Source of the DNA: Mobula hypostoma | Lineage: Eukaryota | Assembly: GCF_963921235.1 (NCBI RefSeq) | Contig: NC_086118.1 | Span: 18,168,001 to 18,232,000, forward strand | Direction of reading: 5' to 3' | DNA: 64,000 nt | Shown here: positions 34,690 through 48,510 of the stretch, in pieces | Position numbering within the stretch: the stretch's first letter is position 1 | Layout: each line of letters begins with the position of its first letter | Position numbers and translations under genes: made by a program | Notes under the pieces: model-generated | The model's database searches: none | What the model was told of the DNA's origin: nothing | Seen by the model: the letters and a program-made list of their open reading frames with translations, nothing else

Positions 34690-37600
34690 AGTGAAGCAGC
34701 ATTTTTTAAAGCAGCCATTGCTGCAACGGGCCAATGTTAGAGTGGAAGGCTTGGACGAGAACAGACTTGGGAAAACACAAGCAGGCTCTAAGTAAGTTTC
34801 CAGTAAGTTTTTTTTCTCTTTCTTTTTCTATTAGTAGATAGCTACTGTGCTGAGAATGGATCCAGAGTTAGTGGTATATTCTTTCTGAGAGATGTGGGAA
34901 GTCTGGGAGATCTCCAGTTTCTCCAATCACTACATCTGCACAAAATGCATTGTGCTGAAGCTCATTAAAGAATGCATTAAGGAACTAGAGCTGCTGCTCA
35001 ATGACTTCAGCTCATACACGAGAATGAAGAGGTGATAGATAGGAGCTACAGAGAGATAGTCGCCCCTAAGTCACAGGAGGCAAGTACATGTGTGACAGAA
35101 GGAGGAAAGGGAATAGGCAGCCAAAAAGAGGTGCAGAATACTCCTATGGCTATTCCCCTCAATAAGAAGTATACTGCTTTGGATACTGTTGGGGGAGACA
35201 ACCCTCTGAGGGAAACAGCACCAATCAGGTCTCCATGGTTCAGAAGGGAAGTGTGGCCGGGGGCGGGGTGGGGGGGTAAGGGGAGTGCAGTAGTGATAGG
35301 GGATTCTGTAGTTAGAAAAGTGAACAGGAGATTCTATGGGCGTGAAAGAGACATGCGGATGTTACGTTGCTTCCCAGGAGCCAGGGTCAAGGACTGGATC
35401 CACAGCATTCTAAAGATGGAGGATGAGCAGCCAGAAGCCATGGTACATGTTGGTAGCAGCAACATATGTAGGAAAAGGGAGAATATAGGTAGTTAGGTAG
35501 AAAGCTGAAAAACAGGACATCCAGGCCAGTAATCTCTGGATTGCTGTTTATACCACGTACCAGTGAGGGTAAGAATAGGACGATTTGGCAGACGAATGTG
35601 TGGCTGAGGAACTGGTGCAGAAGGCTGGGTTTCAGATTCCTGGATCACTGGGTTCTCTTCTGGGGAAAGTAAAACCTGTACAGAAAGGACAGGTTACACC
35701 TGAACCAAGGGAGACAAATATCCTTGCTGGCTGCTTTGCTAGAGGCTGTGGGGAAGGTTTTAAACTAATTTGGCAGGGACATGTGAACTGGAGTGATAAG
35801 GCTCAGGTTGGGGTAGTTGGTAGGCAATTAGATGCAGTGTGTCGTGTGACTCTGAGGAAAGACAGGCAGATGACGGCACAATTGCAGTCAGTAGGTCGAG
35901 TTGAAGAGTAACATGTAGCATAATCAAAAGCGGCGATGAATACAGGACTGAAGATGTCACATTTGAATGCATGTAGTATACAGAATAAGGTAGATGTTCT
36001 TGTAGTGCAGTTAGAGATTGGCAGGTATGTATGACGTTGTGGGCATTACCGAGCCATGATTGAAATAGGATCATAGATGGAAGCTTAACATTTAACATTG
36101 TATCAAACATACAAGCAGGGAGGCAGAGGGGTGGAGTGGCTCTGTTAATAAAAAAAAGAAATCAAATCTCTAGAAGGAGATGACATAGGATCGGAAGATG
36201 TAGAATAGTGGGTAGAGTTAAGAAACTACAAGTGTAAAAATACCTTAATGGGAGTTATATACAATTCTCCAAACAGTAGGCAGGACATGAGGTACAAATT
36301 ATGATGGGAACTATAAAAGTCATGTAAAAAGGGCAATGTTACTGTAGTCATGGGGGATTTCAATATGCAGATAGATTGGGAAAATCAGGTTGGTGCTGGA
36401 TTCCAAGAGAGAGAGTTTATGACAGTAGAACAGCAATAGCTGGAGTTTCTGCGGTCAAGTCGGAGGGCACAGAATAGATATAATATATCCCAGAGATGAA
36501 AATGTATTCTCAAGGGAGGATGATGCAATCGTGGCTGACATAGAAGCAAAAGAGAGGCATAAAATATGGCAAACATTTGTGGGAAATTACAGGATTGAGA
36601 AGTTTTCAAAAACCAACTGAAGACAACTAAAAAAACATTAAGGAGAGAACATATGAAAAATAGTAAGCTAGCCAATGATTGAAAAGAGGATACCAAAAGT
36701 CTTTTCAGATGTGTAAAGAGTAAAAGAGTCGAGAGTGAATATTGGACTGCTGGAAAATGATGCCAGAGAGGTAGTTGTGGGGGACAAAGGAATGGCAGAC
36801 TAATTTAATAAATATTCATTGTCATTCTGCACTGTGGAAGACACTAGCAGTATGCCAGAAATTTGAGAGTGTCGGGGGGAGGGGCAGAAATGAGCGTAGT
36901 TGCTTTTACTAAGGTGCATGGTAAGCTGAAAAATATGAAGGTAGGTAAGTCATCTGGACCAGATGAACTGCACCTCAGGGTTCTGAAAGAAATAACTGAA
37001 GAGATGGTGGAGGCATTAGTAATAATCTTTCAAGAATCACTGCATTCTGGAATAGTTACAGAGGACTGGAAAATTGCAAACGTTATTCCACTTTTAAGAA
37101 GGGAAGGAGGCAGAGAAAAGAAAGTATAGGCCAGTTAGCCTGACTTCAATGGTTGGGAAAATGTGGGAGTCCATTACTAACCATGAGGTATGGATGTACT
37201 TGGAGGCATGTGATAAAGTAGGCCAAAATCAGCATGGTTTCCCTATAGGGAGATCTTGCCTGACTTGGCAATGGCAGATATGAAAAATATGGAAGAAAAC
37301 ATCAAAGTCAAATGGGTCAAGGCAGTAGAAGCAGACAGATCAATTGTCTTTGTTCCTACCATGTGCTTGGACATAGAGGTTGCCATTTTGTGGAACTGTT
37401 TTATGCCTTCCATTTTGTGAATGAAGTTTCTTTGCTTTAAATAAGACATAATGATACTTCAAGTTATCTGCTGGACTAGAGGTAATTTCCAGATAAGAAG
37501 TTATTTGTGAAATGTTCTTTGGTTGGATATAACATGCAGGTTTTTGACTGTTGAAGTAAATATCTGTTTTGTATGAATCAACCTTGTTGCTGATTGAGAA

Positions 37601-39080
37601 CAAAGAGCCATGAATTACCAATTGTCACTTGCTGGGAAGAGGGCTGGCCCAGAATAGAGCCAATAAAAAGGTGTTAAAGGTCAGACACATGACCTACAGC
37701 AAATTACACTGGAATGCTACTTTGGAATTGATAAGAAATGAATATCGAAGTGGATACTTTGATTGCACTAGCAGTGATAACTCTGGAGAATCACCATCAC
37801 AAGGATAAAACTCCCCTTGCTGGGAGCTGGGAGAAGAAAGGGTATATCGCCTGGGCAATTCAGTGTTATAAATTGGACAGGTGGTCTGGTGAGTATTGAT
37901 ACGGAGGGAGCAGTGGAATTCATGTTCTAAGTTGTTGGCTTGTGGTCAATGAAGTTGCGTTGTTTGTGCAAGGACAATAAAATGTGAGCTTCGATTAATT
38001 ACGAGCTGCGTAGTGAATTTACTAACCTAGATTCAATAACAAACAGTCAACATGACAAACTTGCTGGAATTCTTTGGAGGAGTAGTAGGCAGGATAGTCA
38101 AAGGAGAGTTTGTGAAAGTTGTTTATTTGGATTTTTGGAAGGCCTTTCACAAGGTGCTGCACATGAGGGCTGTTTATCAAGATAAGAACCCATGGCATTA
38201 CAGGAAATATACTAGCATGGTAACAGTTTGTCTGACTGGCAGAAAGCAAAGAGTCAGAATAAAAGGGGCCCTTGTTGGTTGGCTGCCAGTGACTAGTGGT
38301 GTTCTGCCGGGGTTGGTGTTCGGACCACTTTTTTTCACGTTATATGTCAATGATTTGGATGATGGAATTGATGGCTTTGTGGCCAAGTTTGCAGATGATA
38401 CGGAGGGGTAGGTAGTGTTGAGGAAGCAGGGAGTCTACAGAAGGATTCAGACAGATTGGGAGAATGGGCAAATAAGTGGCAGATAGAATACAGTGTAGGG
38501 AAATGTATGGTCATGCATTTTGGTAGAAGAAATAAAGCTGTAGACTATTTCTAAACTGGGAGAAAATTCAAAATCAGAGATGCAAAGGGATTTGGATGTC
38601 TCCGTGTAGGATTCACGGAAGGTTAACTTGCAGGTTGTCAATGGTAAGGAAGGCAAATGTAACGTTAGCATTCATCTTGAGGGGACTAGAATTTAAGAGC
38701 AAGGATGTAATGCTGAGGCATTATTAGGCATTGGTCAGACTGCACTTAGAGTATTGTGAGCAGTTTTGGGCCCCTTATCTAAGGATAGATGTCCTGGCAT
38801 TACCGAGGATCCATCAGAGGTTCACAAGAATGATTGGGTTAATGTATGAAGAGCGTTTGCTGGCTCTAGGCCTGTACTCACTAGAGCTTAGAAGAATTAG
38901 GAGAGGATCTCATTGAAACCTATCGAATATTGAAAAGGCCTTGATGGAGTGGATTATGGGAGAATGTTTCCGGTACTGGTCTGAATTTGAATAAGAATTG
39001 CCGCCTCAGAATAGGGCAAGGACTGCATTGCCTTCAGCTGTCAAAGAAACTATTACAGTAAATTTTAATACTTCCAGGAT
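34690..39080 (+). mobile_element. Near full-length decayed CR1 LINE (ORF1 with SGNH-esterase-like domain plus ORF2)
   Basis: VVIGDSVVR..CFPGARV..VHVGS (35032-35496); GPDELHLRVLKE, YLDFWKAFHKV, KFADD, LVRLHLEYCEQFW; many stops and frameshifts. Confidence 0.85.
37265..38052 (+). mobile_element. Probable solo LTR inserted in CR1 ORF2
   Basis: Interrupts the CR1 KSCLTNL region; 4-bp TSD tgac (37261-37264 / 38053-38056); ends AACA; TATAAA near 37867 and AATAAA at 37976. Left end is TTGG, not canonical TG. Confidence 0.55.
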
Positions 39081-41877
39081 GGAGCTGGAGATATTCATAA
39101 CTTCTTGCTGTTTGTGACATTGTTTTTTAAGACAGATACCTCTAGCTGCTTTTCAAAAAGCTAACATTCCTAGTCGTTAGTAAGCAGAGAACTCACATAG
39201 CATGTCATAGCAGACAGTGTTATTACCATAATCCACAGTGGGTTTATTTTTTTTGCAATTGCCAAGTGCAATTTCAGTCTCATACTAAAACTGACAGGCA
39301 TTCCACTTTTTTGGTATGTAGCTGGTGATTGACTCTAGTGAACCGTGTAGTTCAGTGCCCATATACTGGCAACAGTCATGGTTACCTCACTCTGTGGCAC
39401 CTTTCTGTGTAATTTGCCTTTGAACTATCAGAGCAAACCAAAACATGTCCACAGGGCAACCGAGTCTACTCGCTGAAAATGCAGCTCATGTCTTTGATAC
39501 ACAAGGCACCTACATATAGAGTAGATACAATGGTAGTTGTGCTACTACGCAAAACTGACACAGCGATTTCTGCAGCTAACTTTCCCCTATGGGGGAAGGA
39601 CTCAGGAGAGTGAATAGAACAGCATGTGTCACCATCAAACAGCAACAAGATGAGGAAAGGTGGGGGGAAAAGCAGCCTCAATAACCCCTTGGTACACCAC
39701 ATCTGTGATTAACTTGCTCACAACCTTAATTAGCAACCTTAATTTCCAGCTTCTCTGCAGTTCCACAATGTTCATTCTCTATACCACTGACAACACATAC
39801 TTGCCCAGGAAATAAACACTCCTACCTAATTTCATAACATAAATCATGTACAAAAAACAATTATTTTCACACATAATTCAAATGGCCGCCTTCTCTGTTC
39901 CTCTGTGCTCCCTCACATGGTTACCACAATAGCTGCTGCATGGAGTTCTGAAGGCTGCTAGAAGTCTTTGAAGCTGGCTGGGGATAACTTTGAGTGTCTG
40001 GGCTGAAAAGGAGTACCTGTAATTTGCACCCTCTCGGCATGAGTAGCAGTGGTTCAGACTGGCAAGTCTACTGACAGACATGGACAAAAGATGTAATTCA
40101 TACAGCCGATTTGTATTTTGTGGAGTCACTGTATTCCCCTTCAGCAAACCAGGTAACATGCATTGATCCTTGGGCTTATAATGACAGGACCCTAAGCTTT
40201 CTCTTGGATGTTGTGTGAATGCAGTGAAAGATGCAACACTGGCCAATAGACTGTGTGTCACAGTAGAATTTATAATTGTGTGAATGATATTAACACGAGG
40301 TTCATGGTGGAGGTGATGATCTCCAAGCTCTGGACAAAGTCATGTATGCAAATGGTTCAAAACTGTGCCATAGTCCTTAGGATTATGTTCAGGAAATGTT
40401 TCACCAAGCAGTTCATCATTCATGCCTTTGGCTTCATTGGATCATGTTCCAACTCATTACTCAACTGAATGTGCATTCATGTGCATTCTCTATCTCAAGT
40501 GAACTGGCATTGCCCCTTCCCACTGACTTGACTGTAGGACACTTTTGTTTGGTGTCTCACAATGTTTGGATCCCACCTTCATGCTATTCTTTGAATTAAG
40601 GCTGAGAGTTGCTGACTGACAGAGTGAAATCAAGTGAGTGGGTGTCTTCAATGTCACTCTTTCTTATCTCCGTTGCTTTGATAGGTTTCATTTCTTGGCT
40701 TTTTCTGAGATGAAAGTGAAACCAAGATAATGTAATGATGCAAGGGATGTGGAACTGTCATACAGATGGGGAAAGATCTGTCACCGAGTAACCTGGGGGT
40801 ACAATACTGCAGCATTCAGGTTGGCCGATGTATATTGAGAACACAGTTCTCTCCATTGCATTAATTGATTCTTTGAAAGGATACTTTGACAGAGCTGGTC
40901 CAAGCAAACTGAGATGCAAGAAATTTTAAATTAGTGACCCTGCTAAGGCACCCTACCAGATTTTATTCTCGTTAGAGATAATACCATGTATGTAAACTTG
41001 AGGAATTTCAAAATGAAGCTGATGTGAAGTGGCGATTAAGCATGATGGTAAGGAAATCTGTTTGGAAACATGACCTCAGGGAAGTTTCTTTTGAGAAGAC
41101 GGGAATAGCTGCCTTTAAAAAAAAATCACTTAACCTTTTAGTTTTTTCTTTCCTACAGTAAACCTTCAACATTGCCTCAATTTTTTTTTCAGAATGTTGT
41201 AGTAAACACTTTGCAATCTGCAACAATTTTGGTAAAATAGTTAGATTTCAGAAATCATGTTTCTATATTTTGTTTTTTCTCTTTCATTCATGTAATTTCA
41301 TTTGTCCACAATTACAGTTTGGCTTGGTTCTTTGATGCTGTTCTCCCAGAATCTCCTCATTAGCAATGTGGTTTGCTGTGGCTTCATTCACAAGCCCCAG
41401 CCCTTATTGATTTGAATACAATACTGGCAAATCTGAATGCATTGTGAATGGCACGCCTGATGTTTACACTGTGTCAAGGGAGAGAGGATGAGTGAAGGAT
41501 GTGAATGTTCGGTTGGAGTCCGGTTGATGGGAATTATTGTGGGAAAAAGTGATGGGGCTATAAGAGCTTTTGGTTGAATGTGGCATTTTGAGATTATTCA
41601 TTCAATTGACCAGCTAATTAAGATCAAGGAATTTTACTCTTAAAGTTATATTTGTTTGCTTGGAGTTTTATATCTGGCCTATTCATTATTTATTTCCATT
41701 GCTGTCTGCCTGGGGAGCATCCTGGTCCATCATTGGTATCTCTTCCACTAAAGACTCCATTACCTTGAAAACCTTGTTGCCCATACCTCTCCCAAATTCT
41801 GCTGTTATTTAGTGTTACCAACTTTCTGGATGTCTCTAAGCATTATGCTCCTCCCATGGCTTGCTCAGTAAGGTTTC

Positions 41878-42455
41878 ACACACAAAATGCTGGAGGAACT
41901 CAGCAGGTCAGGCAGTATCTATTGAAATGAATAGTTAGTCAACATTTTGGGCTGAGACCCTTCTTCAGCTCTGAGAACAAAGGGAGAAGATGCCAGAATA
42001 AAAAGTTGGGGGGAGGGGAAAAAGGCTGGAAGGTGATAGGTGAAGCCAGATGGGTGAGAAAGGCCAAGGGCTGGAGAAGAAGGAATCTGACAGAAAAGGA
42101 GAGTGGACCAGTGCTGAAAGGGAAGGAGGAGGGGGCCCAGGAGGAAGTAACAAGCAGGTGAGAAGTGGTCAGAATAGGGAATCGAGGAGGGGGAGGGGAA
42201 TTTGTTTACCAGAAGGAGAAAGCGATATTCATGCCATTAAGTTGGAGGCTACCCAGACGGAATGTAAGATGTTTCTCCTCCACCCTGAGGATGGCCTCAT
42301 CTTGGCAGAAGAGGAGGCCGTGGACTGACATGTCAGAATGGGAATCGGAATTAAAATGTGGAGGTGTTCGACAAAGCAGTTCCCCAATTTATGATGGCCT
42401 CAGCAATGTGGAGAATGCTGTATCGGACACACTCAGGACACAATAGACAATGTCA
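41878..42455 (-). mobile_element. Penelope-like element 3' part: GIY-YIG endonuclease remnant plus pLTR with decayed hammerhead
   Basis: Minus strand translates HFNSDSHSDMSVHGLLFCQDEAILRVEEKHLTFRLGSLQLNGMNI, typical of a PLE endonuclease C-terminus. CTGAAGA-AGGGTCTCAGCCC-AAAA-TGTT-GACT at 41968-41937. Confidence 0.8.
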
Positions 42456-42957
42456 GCAAATCAGTCATTGAGCTATCACAAGATGCAGCATGAAAACAGA
42501 CTTGATTGAGGTGGCGCTGACCACCAAGTACACATTTACACTAAACCTACATTTGTCCCATTTTGTATTCTCCAAGATTCTGCAAATCACCTACAAATTA
42601 AAGATGATTTACAACAGTCAGTTATTCCACTAATTTGCATATTTTTGGGATGCAGGAGAAAGGAGAAACTAAAGCTCTGGTAGTCACAAGGAGAACTTGT
42701 AAATTCCTCATAGACAGTACTCAAAATCAGGATTGAAGCTGGGTTACTGGTACTTTGAGACACTAGCTCTACCAGCTGGGCAAATGCACCACCCCATGTT
42801 GAAATACTGGATAAATATGCATACAGATCCTCTCACCATACATAAGAAATACATTTTCAATATGTAATATACTATTGGAAGAGGGTTATAGAAATTCCAA
42901 AGCATAGCAGAGTCACAATTGGGATCATTATAGATGAATTGGAGGCTACCTTGAACA

Positions 42958-43656
42958 TGTAAAGGGGGTTTCGATTTTTATGTTACTGCGGAGGCTAATT
43001 AAAATGGCGTCTTTGTTATGTTAATCTGGGGAATGCGGCTTTGTTGTCTTAAATGCTGAGAAAGTTTGCGCTAGCAGCTTGTTGTGGTTTAGAGGGTGAT
43101 AAGAAATACGTTATTAACCAATTGGGATAGTAGTTATGGTTTTGGTGTATTTGAAGATACTGTTTGAGAGGGGGTTTGGGAACAGAAGGCGGGAGAGCGA
43201 GACAGAGGATGGACGAGGTGCTGTGAGTCCGCTAACAGGGTCGGACCCCGAGCGGGACGTTCGGCAAGGAGATGGAGACAGATTCGTGTGGAGCGTCTGG
43301 TGGACCACCATTGTTGGTCCCAGGCGGCCGGTCGAGGTGGTCCGAGGGGGTCGCAGGGTGAAGAAGAAGGTCCTTGAGCTCCAACGGTTTTTTTGTGCAC
43401 GAAGAGATTGAACTTTGATAAGTGTGGCGCCTTTTATTTTCCTTTTATATTTTATTCTCTTTTAATTATATAGTTCCAGTAATATCTATAAACTGTATAT
43501 CATTTAATTGCATCTGGTGTATTGTCTGTTATTTGGGTGGGGTGGGGTACCTCACACAGCATCCACACAAACTAATTACCCAGTTTGGCGGGGCCAAGGC
43601 TGTTTTCCTAGACGACAGCGAGCCAAGCGACCCTGAGGGTGGCCAGGGGGGCTACA
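42958..43656 (+). mobile_element. Solo LTR (699 bp)
   Basis: TGTAAAG...GCTACA termini; 4-bp TSD aaca (42954-42957 / 43657-43660); CpG-rich interior suggests a young insertion. Orientation inferred. Confidence 0.8.
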
Positions 43657-45077
43657 AACATAATGGGCTAGGAGGCCTGATTCTGTGCCCTGCCTGACTC
43701 TTAATCTTCCTTTTCAACATTTTATTTGCAATAGGAATTTTAGACTGGAGCTCACAATGTATCATACTTCATAATCCTTTTCAAACTGACATCTATTAAC
43801 CTACATCAGTGAGATATTTCCCCTAAATGTCATTTATACCACCAAATAAAATCAATGCCATGCAGTTGAGAATCAGTTTAATACAAGAGAGCAATTTTAC
43901 ACATATTTCTGGATAAGTTAAGACATGTTAAGAAATTCATTGTGAATATCTGGCAGGTTTTTCGTATGTCCAAGTACTTTTTTCAAGGGCAGAATTTTCA
44001 ACAAGTAACACTAACTATTGTGCAAAATTCATCTACAATGAAATCTCACTGCAAAATCTGCAAAATGACAAGTACACAAGAAGATAAATAAGTTTAAACG
44101 GCCTTGAACCTGCTTTGCTGTTGAGTAAAATTATGTTTGCATTTTAATCTATTTTCACATTTCATTATGCTCAACTCTGCAATTGCCTTTATTAAGTCTG
44201 TAGATCCAGTTTCCAACACAGTTTCTCACTTTCAAGCAGAATATGAAAACTAGGAAATCATTTAAGAGATAATTAATTAAGAGATTATCAAATAAAACTA
44301 TATGTTTCCTGGCTGGATCCTTAGAAACTGCCCCGTATACACCGAGGTTATCCTCAAGGCTAACTTCGTCAATTTGATAGTTCAATCTATATGAAGATTA
44401 ACGATGTCTATTATTATGGCAATATCTTTCTTTCAAACTGGCATTATGTATTGATTTATACTCTATGCTACACAGTAGCTACATTTAGGGGGTTATAGAT
44501 TGCTCCGAGCAGTGACTTCTTGCAGTGACTTCTTTCCTTGGCTGTTTCATATTTAGACCCAGAAGGAGTCTCTATATCTTGATCAGCTGAACAAGCAACA
44601 TTTCACAATAGAGTACTGATCTCACCTTTTATTAACAAATCTGCCCCGCCTACTTGTCATGTTTTCCTTTCCCCCCGTAACATCAAATTCCTTGAAACCA
44701 TATGTCTGTCAGATCATACCAATTTATTTCTACTGTGCCAATTCATTTCTAATGTTGCTGATACTGCACACGCTCAGGTAAGCACATTTTAGATAAGTCT
44801 TTTTACTATTTTTGCTTTTCTAACTCTGTTTGCAGATAGATTCTTATGACCCCTCCCCTCCCTTTTTCTCAACCATGATGTTCCCTCTCCCTGCTCCCTT
44901 CCCATTCTCAGTCCACAATAGAAACCCATATCAGAATCCGGTTTATCACCACTCACATATGTCATTAAATTTGTTTATTTTTTGTGGCAGCAGTACACTG
45001 GAATACATAAAATTGCTGCAGTACTGTGCAAAAGTCTTAGCACCCAAGTTATAAATACGTGCCTAAAATTTTAGTAC

Positions 45078-45921
45078 TGTCACGTACCCCGTGATGGGAA
45101 TAAAGAACCAGCAGAGATGGAAAGCACTTTGGAGTCTAGTATTACTATTAACTAATAATATTTATTAGTAACCTCGCAATACAGTAATATAAATGTAGAT
45201 AAATCAAACAGGTTAGCAATGATTTTATATATATATAAGTAAGTATATCAGTAAGTGTGGAAATATATGTATAAAAATCAAACTTCTTTAAGTCTAGGGA
45301 TAAAAAGATACAGTTTTACGATGATGAGTAAAGTTCAGTTCAGTTCGTGGTATTTAGTTGAGTAGTGATGGAGAGAGAGAGAGAGGGAGAGATTTGAGTC
45401 TTCAGGTGAGCTGACGCCGTCGATCTTCTCGTTGTCCTCTGAAATCCTTTAGAAGTCACCGACTGACTTCAACAAGGGGGACCAGTTTTTCTGTGGTGGA
45501 GCTTCCTCCCAGTCAAGGGTGGACACATGGACAACTCCCCACCAGTCAACCCCTTTCCTTTCCACTGCAAGAGCGACGGATTGATCCACCTGACCAATCC
45601 TCCAAAACCCACTTTTTCTGCAGGCATAACAATGCTCATTCAGTGTCCAAAACATGTGTCTGAGGTCTATCATCTGACCTCCTATTTTATTTTCTCGTGC
45701 TGGGCACCACCTGTCAGTCAAATAACTCCTCCTTCCTCTCTCTGTGTAAGAAATACACCAGCATGCCATGTCCTTGAAGAAAGTATAAACAACCTGTGAG
45801 CAGTCTTCATCTCTCTCTCTCTCTCTCTCTCTTTTAAAAACAAGTTGTTGGTGTTAAATAACTCTCTCTCTCTCTCTTTTCAAAAGCACAGTTAATAGGG
45901 GTAATTCAGTTCCCCGTCACA
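45078..45921 (-). mobile_element. Solo LTR (844 bp) sharing its 3' end with the Gypsy LTR at 8370-9633
   Basis: TGTCAC...GTCACA termini; TSD gtac (45074-45077 / 45922-45925); 45078-45300 aligns with the reverse complement of about 9430-9633. Confidence 0.85.
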
Positions 45922-48510
45922 GTACAGTACTGTCCGAGGGCAAAATCTTTAAAGTATACACAAATTGTTCCTGACAAAGTGACAGCGGGAAAATTGGTCT
46001 TTCAAGGCAGCCAAGCCAGCTCTATAGATCATCTTCAAAACGTTTCATCATTTTGAGATATACATCAGGAAACATAACCGATACATTTCAATGAAAAATA
46101 CTTCTAATTATATTTCATCTCCATCACCTTACCATTTGCCTAAATCATGAACATACATGACTTGAGTAACAGGCTACCTTAAATGGGCTCAGAAAGGGCT
46201 GTCTGTCCACCAACTGTGGTGCATAAATTGGCTTTGATGTATTACACTGGTAAGATTTAACCTCAGTTGATAGAAGGATACTAATTAGTTGTACCTGACT
46301 ATACCAAAATGTATGTATGGCTTATATTTATTTGACCATTAACCCTTTAAATTTCACTATCGTGTATAGTACTCTGCCCCAGTGGACAACCAACAGTGCA
46401 CTCTGAGTAGATTTTGAAAATATCTTAACATAAATAAAACAAATCTTCAGAGAGCTTCACTGCCCAGGAACCCACCTATTTTACCCTATTTAATTCTAGC
46501 CTAATCACAGGACAATTTACAATGACCAATTAACCTACTGGTCAGTATGTCTTTGAACTGTAGGAGGGAACTGGAGCAGCCAGAGAAAACACATGTGCTC
46601 ACGGGGGGAATATACAAACTTCCTACAGCTGGCACTGAAATTGAACTCTGAACTCTTGGCACCTCGAGCTGTAGTAACTACAACACCACTGTGATGCCCT
46701 CATTGATATTTATACAATCTTTAAGTATGGAATTTTGTCCAGCACAACACATACAAATCCTGTTCATGTTTTGCTCTGGGAGCTTGAATTATGGCTGCTG
46801 TAGTTTGTTGCCATACTATCTAATTCCAGATCCTGCCATTGTTTTTATTTAACACAACTAAAATGCTGTTATAGGGATATTCTTGTGTACAAGTAAATTA
46901 TGATTTAAATGTTGCTGAGTTATACTTCCACCTCTGCAGTAAGCTTCAGTGAGTTTGTTAATGTCTATTAAGGAAACCTCAAAATAGTTTAATAAAGAGA
47001 ACTGAATTGATACGAGTGAGACTGCAGTGACTATAATGCGCAAACACCAATTAGAGTAGAAAAAGCTTTACAGATAAATGACAAATCAGCATTTATAGGC
47101 AATACTTTGATCTGATCAAATGATTGAAGATATTGAAATTGTTATCCATTTCATGTAGATTTTCAAGTTGAATTTTAACTTTGATTCCTTTACATTCTGG
47201 CGCTGTGGATAGAGGGTCTAATGAGCTACAGGCTTATACTTGTTTAAAGTTGTTGCCAAGGCAATGGCTGCTTTTGGTGGTAAAATATATTGTATACATA
47301 ACATAACCCAAATAGAGCAGATAGTGGACATCTGAAATAATAATTCAGACGAAGCCATATCAACCTGGATCATTAACTCTGTATCTCTGTCCATAGATGC
47401 TGCTGAGTTTGTCCAGTATTTGCTTCACCTAAATGCAATTATATCTTTCACGGCTGGTCAATTTACTTTTATGTTACTTGTTCTACAATTTCAGACTCTA
47501 AGTATGGTCATTCACAAAATATACAAATGTGCTCATTAATACAATTTATCTTGTACAACTGAGGTTTCACATGATCCCTGTAGGAGCCATACAGTGACCT
47601 TATCAAATGAGAGTATAGTTACATGTATAGTACTGTGAGTTATAGCATATTCTTAGTCATATTATATTGAATAATCATGCTTTTGGCAAGAAATTGGAGT
47701 CATTGCTTGATTGATCTCCAAAAATGGAGGTGAATGACCAGTGTTAAACCAGCAATGCGTCTTGCCTGAACTGACTTTGATTAAGTCCAGACCAGATCAT
47801 GGTTGTCATCATGCACAGCAAAAATATTGAATCATATTGGCACTAGCTGAGATGTACCATGAGATATAAATATGTTAGCCTCAAGAAAAATATGCTGTTG
47901 CAGTCTCTGAACTACTGATGCCAATGTCGCATCCCTTGACAGTTCAATTGTAATACTTTAGATGCGGAGAAATAAATGTAATTTCCTACAGGCCAGGAAT
48001 GTTGGCCAACTGTTGATGCATTACTTTGGCAGCCATTGATGAGAGTTAAAGTTTACAGCTGCATGATCTTAAGGGCTCCCGTGACTTTATCATTTAGCTG
48101 TTGAGATTTCAACATGGTCAGAAGAAGTTGATTACTGATTTGAGAGCATGTTTTTGTGCGCATATCTAAAACAGGGAGTCCAATTTTCTGCAATCACAGA
48201 TTTATCAGTGTGCATATATGTGTATGTCATGATTTTCCTAACAGCCACACTTTTTTTCAGTCTGTCTGATGGCTGGCAAGTATCCCATCAAGGGCAAGAG
48301 CTGATAAAACTTTTTTTGACAGGTATATATGTATGTGTGGTTTATTTCTCAATTTGCAATTCTCCATTCTCCACTTTAAGAAGTGAATAAATTATTAGGT
48401 TATAAAAGCAATGAAGACTCTCTCCAAAGTATTAACCACATCGATATTACCTTTATGGTAAGTTGTTGGAAGATTATTTGAGAGGAGAAGGTAACACTGA
48501 AGAATTTAGT

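Noticed and set aside
39466..40261. Minus-strand ORFs of 78 and 127 aa as a nested gene
   Set aside because: No recognisable domain or convincing splice structure; lengths are within chance expectation.
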